In this document: piece after piece, positions 58,446-64,000 of the stretch | How the letters are laid out: each line of letters begins with the position of its first letter | Position numbering within the stretch: position 1 is the stretch's first letter | DNA from: Candidatus Onthovivens merdipullorum | Lineage (GTDB): Bacteria > Bacillota_I > Bacilli_A > RFN20 > CAG-826 | Length of the DNA: 64,000 nucleotides | Assembly (NCBI GenBank): GCA_017694345.1 | Contig: JADIMY010000117.1 | Location: forward strand, 17,865-81,864 | Reading direction: 5' to 3' | Translations under genes and position numbers: made by a program | Notes under the pieces: generated by a model | What the model was told of the DNA's origin: nothing | The model's database searches: none | Seen by the model: only the letters and a program-made list of their open reading frames with translations

Positions 58446-58874
58446 ATGAAAAAATTTATTATACCTTCAATTATTTATGCAATACTTGGTGCTTTAGGTG
58501 GAGTATTTTATAGAGAATTTACCAAAGCGATAGGATTTACTAACGAAACCTCTTTAAGCGTAGTTCATACACATTATTTAATATTAGGTATGATTATGTT
58601 TTTAATACTTTTGCTATTTGAAAAATCATTTTCTTTTAGTGATAAGAAAACAAATATTACATTAATCTTTTATCATATTGGATTAAATATAACCGGTGTA
58701 ATGCTATTTGTTAGAGGAATTTTAGAAGTACTAAATACTAATTTATCAAGTGGAATAAATGCAATGATTTCAGGAATAGCTGGAATAGGACACTTAATTC
58801 TAGGTGTTTCTTTAGTTTTAATTTTAATTTTCTTAGCAATAAAACTTTTTAAAAACAGTAAAGCAAGTAACTAA
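58446..58874 (+). CDS. small 4-TM membrane protein, hypothetical
   Basis: The 142-aa ORF has AAGGAGG upstream. Confidence 0.5.
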   Translation: MKKFIIPSIIYAILGALGGVFYREFTKAIGFTNETSLSVVHTHYLILGMIMFLILLLFEKSFSFSDKKTNITLIFYHIGLNITGVMLFVRGILEVLNTNLSSGINAMISGIAGIGHLILGVSLVLILIFLAIKLFKNSKASN

Positions 58875-58911
58875 AATTAATAAAAATAATTAGGATTTTG
58901 TCGTTATCTAA

Positions 58912-59294
58912 AGCAATTTATCCTGTTTTGCACAGGTTGCTTCATAAATATTATGTCGTGTTTTGAAGTTTTTGTAAGCTTCATAAATTATTTTTTTCAC
59001 AAATACATATTTTCTAGTTTTTCACGAATGTTTTCTTCGCTTATTTTTTTGTTTTTAAAAAATAAATCACGTATAACATTTGCAAGATCATTTATCGAAG
59101 AATAATCAATCATTAAATAATATTCATAAACTAGAGAACAAAGATGCTCAAAAATTTAATCATTTCTCTCTTTTACATACTCTCTAATTAAAATATCCAC
59201 TTCATTTGCTATAAATAGTTTAGTTATATTTAATTCTTGTTTCTTTGCAACATTTAGTAATTCTAAATATTTCTTTTTCTATTATTCCTTTCAT
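58912..59294 (-). pseudogene. degraded ORF remnant with frameshifts
   Basis: About 125 codons of helical-protein-like sequence (MKGIIEKE / KKYLELLNVAKKQELNITKLFIANEVDILIREYVKERND / IFEHLCSLVYEYYLMIDYSSINDLANVIRDLFFKNKKISEENIREKLENMYL / KKIIYEAYKNFKTRHNIYEATCAKQDKLL) are spread over three frames. The frame breaks fall at A/T homopolymers. Confidence 0.3.
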
Positions 59295-59309
59295 TGTTGC
59301 TTTTACACA

Positions 59310-59444
59310 ATCAATGTTATTTTTCTTATTTATCACGAACTAACTTCAAATAAATATGCTAACGAAGACGATAAATTAAATGATCTTCAAAAAGAGAATT
59401 TAATTAAAGAATTAAAAAGTGAATATAAAGGTTTATTTGATTAA
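59310..59444 (+). pseudogene. orphan 3' fragment duplicating the last 44 codons of gene 52805..53284
   Basis: There are 133/135 nt identical and both differences are synonymous. The encoded peptide INVIFLIYHELTSNKYANEDDKLNDLQKENLIKELKSEYKGLFD is identical, with no start or N-terminal part. Confidence 0.6.
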
Positions 59445-59471
59445 AAAGCCTGCAAAACTAAAATATTTTTT
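59441..59471 (+). repeat. copy e of the ~30-bp motif
   Basis: The sequence TTAAAAAGCCTGCAAAACTAAAATATTTTTT spans from the stop of the orphan fragment to the stop of the DUF2075 gene. Confidence 0.6.
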
Positions 59472-61330
59472 TAATTTTTGTTTAATTTTTCTTTTAAATA
59501 ATTTCTTAATGCTTCATCTTCACAATAAATGTAGCAACCTTTAATTCCTCTAGTTAAAAGTACTTTGTAAGTTCTTCTAATTAGTTTATCAGCTTCTTCA
59601 TTTGAAGTACTTTTTAATCTAATTCCACTTGTCTTATCATCTTTTGATATTGCATTACGGTTTGTTTGTACATGTCCATCTTTATAATAGAGATCTTTAC
59701 CAATAATAATGCCGACATAATCAAATTCCATTCCTTGACATGTATGAATACAACCAACTTCTTCAAAAGAATTAGGATTTACTGCCCAATGGTCATCGTT
59801 AGCTAAATTCCATTTTGCTTTAAAACCATTTGGAAGTATGATATCCCATTCGCCTTTTTTATTTTTTACATTCCAATCATAACAATAACCTGCAATCATT
59901 CTAGTTTTGTTATTTATTTTATTTAATTCTCTTAATTCATCTCTCATTTTGATAGGATCATCAAAAACCTTAACTTTAAGATTATTAAATTCAAAATTTG
60001 TATTAGCTGTTTGCTTAATTTCTAATAAATTATTTAAAAAAGAAATATAACCATCACTTCCATCACATCTAAATTGAGAAGTTAATTCATAAGGTTTATG
60101 AATAATTGCATTTTCATTTTTAGCATACATAATAATTGAATTTACATCATATTTATCATTAATAGTAATTCTTTGGTCATCATCAACAAAAAATATTGAA
60201 ACTTTACTTGCTTTAATAGCGTCTTCAAGCATATCATTACCTAAATATCTATAAGGTTTCTTTTGCATACGATGTGCTTCATCAAAAATACCTACATCAA
60301 GTCCGTTATATATCGTATTAGGTAAACACCATGGAGATTGAATTGCTTTTTGAAGGTTAACCATCTTTTTAGCATTACCTTTTGCTAATAAGTTAGCATA
60401 ACACTTTCTTGGAGCCATATTTTTTGTTATATAAGAGGTATTTAGTTTTAAATCTATAATACATCTAGCTAATATATTAATTGCTAAAACTGATTTCCCA
60501 GTTCCTGGCCCCCCAGTAATTATAAGAACATGCTTCCTAGTGTCATTTTGAGATTCTTTGATTGCTTTCATAATTTTATCATAAGCAACTACTTGTTCAT
60601 CAATCATATGAAATTCTTCATTTCCACAAAGCATTGAATCTAAGGCATCTTGAAGAGATTTAGTAGGTTTTAATCTTCCTTCTTCAATTTTATAAAGTAA
60701 AGAACCATCATTTGCTTTTAACTTTATATAATTTTTAACAAAGTTTCTTAATTTTAAAACATCACTTTGTAAAAATACTGGCGCTTCTTCTATCCATTCA
60801 TGATATAAATTATCTTCGATTATAGGACGATATTCTTCACTTAAATTGTGCAAATATGCACATGGTTTTAATGTCTTATTATTAATTGAAACTGAATCAT
60901 TAGAATAATCTAATATTAATTGTTTATAAGAATAAGCTTGATAAGAAGGATGAGCAACAGGTTCATGACTTCTTAAATCAGACATTATTGAATGATCACA
61001 ATTATCATCAACTTTATTAACTCTAGCCCATTGTTTTAATTCAATAATAACGACATGGTCTTCTGTATTATTATTGCCCATAATCATAAAATCAACACGT
61101 TTAGAAGTTTGAGGAATATTATATTCAATAGCAACTTGACATTCGTTATCAAAATAAGAATCATCTAAAACATCTTTCATAAAGTGTAAAGAATTATTCC
61201 GTGAATTTATTTCACTGGCTGATCCTCCACTTAAACCTTTCTCTCTAAGTGTTTTTAAAAGAATGCTTTGCATCGTATTAAAAGTAACATCAGTTCTAAA
61301 ATCTTTTAATGACTTATTATAAATAATCAT
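59471..61330 (-). CDS. DUF2075-type protein: N-terminal PD-(D/E)xK-like nuclease motif + P-loop SF1-like helicase/ATPase domain
   Basis: The 619-aa ORF has the nuclease-like motif VDFMIMG...IIELKQW. It also has Walker A (ITGGPGTGKS), Walker B (IFDEAH) and further helicase-like motifs. Confidence 0.7.
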   Translation of the reverse strand: MIIYNKSLKDFRTDVTFNTMQSILLKTLREKGLSGGSASEINSRNNSLHFMKDVLDDSYFDNECQVAIEYNIPQTSKRVDFMIMGNNNTEDHVVIIELKQWARVNKVDDNCDHSIMSDLRSHEPVAHPSYQAYSYKQLILDYSNDSVSINNKTLKPCAYLHNLSEEYRPIIEDNLYHEWIEEAPVFLQSDVLKLRNFVKNYIKLKANDGSLLYKIEEGRLKPTKSLQDALDSMLCGNEEFHMIDEQVVAYDKIMKAIKESQNDTRKHVLIITGGPGTGKSVLAINILARCIIDLKLNTSYITKNMAPRKCYANLLAKGNAKKMVNLQKAIQSPWCLPNTIYNGLDVGIFDEAHRMQKKPYRYLGNDMLEDAIKASKVSIFFVDDDQRITINDKYDVNSIIMYAKNENAIIHKPYELTSQFRCDGSDGYISFLNNLLEIKQTANTNFEFNNLKVKVFDDPIKMRDELRELNKINNKTRMIAGYCYDWNVKNKKGEWDIILPNGFKAKWNLANDDHWAVNPNSFEEVGCIHTCQGMEFDYVGIIIGKDLYYKDGHVQTNRNAISKDDKTSGIRLKSTSNEEADKLIRRTYKVLLTRGIKGCYIYCEDEALRNYLKEKLNKN

Positions 61331-61647
61331 AATTTAGTATATTTATTTGCTTTTCCTTTACACTTCTCTATTGGATATTTTAATTCGTTTTTATCTAATT
61401 TATTATTAATAATTTCATCTTCATCTAAATTAAGAACATCTAACATATTTTGACAATAAATTAATACATCCGCTAACTCATCTTTAACTTCATTTACATC
61501 AAAATCATTTTCATTCCATTGAAAACATTCTAATAATTCATTAGCCTCAATACTAATTGATTTTGCTAAATTTGCAGGATTATGAAATTTATCCCGATCT
61601 CTTTCTTTGGAAAATTTTCTAATTCTATCTTTTGAATTTTTGTTCAT
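61327..61647 (-). CDS. MazG-like nucleotide pyrophosphohydrolase (small all-alpha NTP-PPase)
   Basis: The 106-aa ORF has the pattern SIEANELLECFQW...ELADVLIYCQNMLDVLNLDEDEII typical of the YpjD/MazG-like family. It overlaps the DUF2075 gene by 4 nt. Confidence 0.6.
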   Translation of the reverse strand: MNKNSKDRIRKFSKERDRDKFHNPANLAKSISIEANELLECFQWNENDFDVNEVKDELADVLIYCQNMLDVLNLDEDEIINNKLDKNELKYPIEKCKGKANKYTKL

Positions 61648-61785
61648 ATGAAAATTGTAATCTTTTTAGGCAAAAAAATCATTAATTGAGTTTCAGTTTA
61701 CATTTTCAAACAAAATTAAGTAAAAAGTTATTATTGATTTTTACATTAAAAATTAAATTATTTTTCAAAAAAGTCATGTTTTTTT

Positions 61786-61817
61786 ATAAAAAGCTTGCAA
61801 AACTCAACTATTATTTT
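61786..61817 (+). repeat. copy f of the ~30-bp motif
   Basis: The sequence TATAAAAAGCTTGCAAAACTCAACTATTATTTT has a partial inverted copy (AATTGAGTTTCAG) at 61688..61702. Confidence 0.55.
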
Positions 61818-62064
61818 CTATAAATCTAATGGTGCTTTTATAACAAATTTATATATCAATTTAATTTAAGAAATATTAGCAAATCCGATTTCAGTATTTT
61901 CTCTTTCATCTTTTATCACAAAAAAATAGTGAAATAAACAAGTTTTATCACATTTTATGAGCGAATAAATTAACAATAGTCACATTATATGAGCCAATCA
62001 TAAAATTAAAAATATGTTTTTAATTAAGCAAGTTCTATAAACTTTCATATATCTAATTAATATT

Positions 62065-64000
62065 TTATTCTTCAAATAAACTCATTTGTTCAAATGCTTC
62101 ATCTAAATTGTGTATTTTCCCAATTGTAAATTCAAATAAACCAATAATTGATTCATAATCTTTAACTGCACTATTAGGTATTCTAATTAGTTTAATATTA
62201 TATTTAGCACAGATTTCTTCTTTTTTTCTATCTCTAAGAGCAGTTTCTTTACTACCAACATGCTCACCACCATCAATTTCAAAAACAACTATTGTTTTAT
62301 ATTGACGATTAAACAGGCCTCCACTAACTTGAACTATAACATCAAATTCTTTCATACCTATTTCTTTATGGTCAAAATAATTTACATTTTTAATAGCTTT
62401 TTCTACAAGGACGTTTCTTTCAATTCTAAATTTAGAACCTCGACGATTAAAATAAGGTTTAATAGTTTCAAAAAACTCCCTTTCGCTTTTTGAATCATTT
62501 GAAAAATCATAATTAATAACTGCTTCACTTTGAGTAACACTAATTTCTCCGTTACTAAAAACATAATCTGAAAGAGCTTTAATATCATTAGTGTCGTTTT
62601 TACTTAAGGCATCTATTGCTTCTTTATCTCCAACAAAAATAAATCTATTTTTTGCTCTAGTAACCGCAACATTAATTAATTCATAATTATTTTTAATCCA
62701 ACCCATTGTTCTTTTTGCAGTTTTTAAAGATAAAGCTGAAGACATAATAATTACTGATTTTTCTGAACCTTGTAAGGTATGAACTGTACCGGCTTTAACA
62801 TCTTCAATCCCAAATTGTTCTAAATATTCATTAATTAAAGCTGCTTGATTAACAAATGGGGTTATTATTCCAACATCCTTATAATTATTTTCTTTAATAA
62901 TTTTTGCTATTTCATAAGCCTCTTCATTATAGGAATTTCTTAATTTAGCCTTAGAAGTATTTTGAACATTTACATAAACTAAATCACCTAAATTTTCATT
63001 AAGTAACTTAAGTTGTTTCTCATAAAATCTTTGATTAACAAAACTTGCAATTCTTTTACCGCATCGATAATGGTATCTTAATAAGATACATTTCGAATTA
63101 TTATCTTTCCTTAACATTAAAGAAAGAATTGAATTTCTAACATAGTTATATTCTTTACTAATGTTATATTTATTCATTAAATCAAGGTTAACATCATTTT
63201 CAATTACCGTAACTGGTTGAAGCTGATTTGTATCTCCTACTAATAATAAATTTTCTCCTCTAACAATAGGAATTAATGAAAATGCAATATTGCATTGTCC
63301 TGCTTCATCCATTATTACTAAATCAAAATGATTAGTTGCGCTTCCTAGCTTTTCTGAAGATAAATTAGTAGATAAAATAATAGGAAAAATAGACAAAAAA
63401 CGTCTTAAATTCAAGTTATTTTTTAAAAATTTATTAAATTTAGAAACTGCAATATTCTCATCTTCAAGTACAATAATTTCCCTTAATTCCTTAAAAGTTG
63501 GACCTAATAGTTTTTTATATCTTAAAATTGATGAGTAATATAAAAAGTTATGAAAATCTAAATCATCAAAGACTGATTTTGTACATTTAAATATATCTTT
63601 ATCAGTAATATTTTTACTTGTGTTTAGTTTATATTTATAAAGTTTAAGTTCAGATTCTAATTTCTCATTAATTTGATTAATCGATATAAAATCTTTTAAT
63701 TTTCCAAGAGTATTGATACGCTCTTCTAAATCTAATTTATTTTCATATTCTATTAGTAACTTTTTAAGTTCATTAAAGTTTGATAATGATTTATTTTTAT
63801 TATCTTCAATTAGATTATCATATGTCTTTACATCTTGATTTTTTGATATATAAGTAAGTAATTCTTTTAACTTTTTAATCGTGTCAAGCATTTCAATATT
63901 ATTTCCAATACGAATCATTGGAAAAATAATTTCTTGACTACTATTTTTAAATTTAAAAGACTCAATCATCTTTTTATAAATATCAATGACAGGATGATTG
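62065..64000 (-). CDS. SF1B (Upf1-like) helicase with C-terminal DUF559/Vsr-like endonuclease domain, N-terminus outside the window
   Basis: It has helicase motifs DEAGQ, GDTNQLQP, a Q-motif region, TVHTLQGSEK and VAVTRAK. The C-terminal ~120 aa are DUF559-like (VVFEIDGGEH). The reading frame stays open to position 64000 and no Walker A lies in the window. Confidence 0.7.
   Translation of the reverse strand, partial: NHPVIDIYKKMIESFKFKNSSQEIIFPMIRIGNNIEMLDTIKKLKELLTYISKNQDVKTYDNLIEDNKNKSLSNFNELKKLLIEYENKLDLEERINTLGKLKDFISINQINEKLESELKLYKYKLNTSKNITDKDIFKCTKSVFDDLDFHNFLYYSSILRYKKLLGPTFKELREIIVLEDENIAVSKFNKFLKNNLNLRRFLSIFPIILSTNLSSEKLGSATNHFDLVIMDEAGQCNIAFSLIPIVRGENLLLVGDTNQLQPVTVIENDVNLDLMNKYNISKEYNYVRNSILSLMLRKDNNSKCILLRYHYRCGKRIASFVNQRFYEKQLKLLNENLGDLVYVNVQNTSKAKLRNSYNEEAYEIAKIIKENNYKDVGIITPFVNQAALINEYLEQFGIEDVKAGTVHTLQGSEKSVIIMSSALSLKTAKRTMGWIKNNYELINVAVTRAKNRFIFVGDKEAIDALSKNDTNDIKALSDYVFSNGEISVTQSEAVINYDFSNDSKSEREFFETIKPYFNRRGSKFRIERNVLVEKAIKNVNYFDHKEIGMKEFDVIVQVSGGLFNRQYKTIVVFEIDGGEHVGSKETALRDRKKEEICAKYNIKLIRIPNSAVKDYESIIGLFEFTIGKIHNLDEAFEQMSLFEE

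Noticed and set aside
58912-59294. The degraded ORF remnant as a transposase or integrase pseudogene.
   Set aside because: It has no DDE, HUH or tyrosine-recombinase motifs and no inverted repeats. It is kept only as an unidentified decayed gene.
1-64000. Mycoplasma/Spiroplasma genetic code (TGA=Trp) suggested by AT-richness and lipoprotein content.
   Set aside because: TGA terminates well-conserved genes (for example tsaC at 254-256). Trp is encoded by TGG in conserved positions. RF1-type prfA is present and ORFs are full length under the standard code.

Overview
This is a strongly AT-rich, low-GC bacterial chromosome segment that uses the standard genetic code: TGA and TAG act as stops (the tsaC gene ends in TGA) and Trp is TGG, so it is not a code-4 Mycoplasma. 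Gene content and synteny look Firmicutes/Mollicutes-like (Acholeplasma or Erysipelotrichia type).

- **1-13 kb:** conserved core operons, rpiB-tsaC-prmC-prfA on the minus strand and dnaX-ybaB-recR-tmk-holB-yaaT-rsmI on the plus strand.
- **8.9-11.3 kb:** a tandem-duplicated membrane protein with two DarA/PII-like signalling proteins.
- **13.3-22.7 kb:** four consecutive surface lipoprotein genes, one a 1211-aa BspA-type leucine-rich-repeat protein.
- **23-58 kb:** a mix of housekeeping genes (rnj, maf, nadK, spx, archaeal-type proS, tRNA-Ser, coaD, rsmD, def, asnA, a likely PPi-type phosphofructokinase) and accessory transporters, hydrolases and oxidoreductases.
- **58.9-64 kb:** a defence-island-like region. 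A gene-remnant scar is followed by a DUF2075 nuclease-helicase plus MazG-like pair and a partial SF1B helicase with a DUF559 nuclease tail.

The most unusual signal is a conserved ~30-bp motif present eight times between 28 and 62 kb, always at gene 3' ends or operon boundaries. Adjacent copies bracket 2.3-5.4-kb gene modules, and one copy is attached to a duplicated gene fragment.

Other notable features are a YitT-family gene split by a single in-frame TAG, a degenerate EAL-domain membrane protein, a perfect cre site on an EF-G paralogue, and an unannotated 47-codon ORF.
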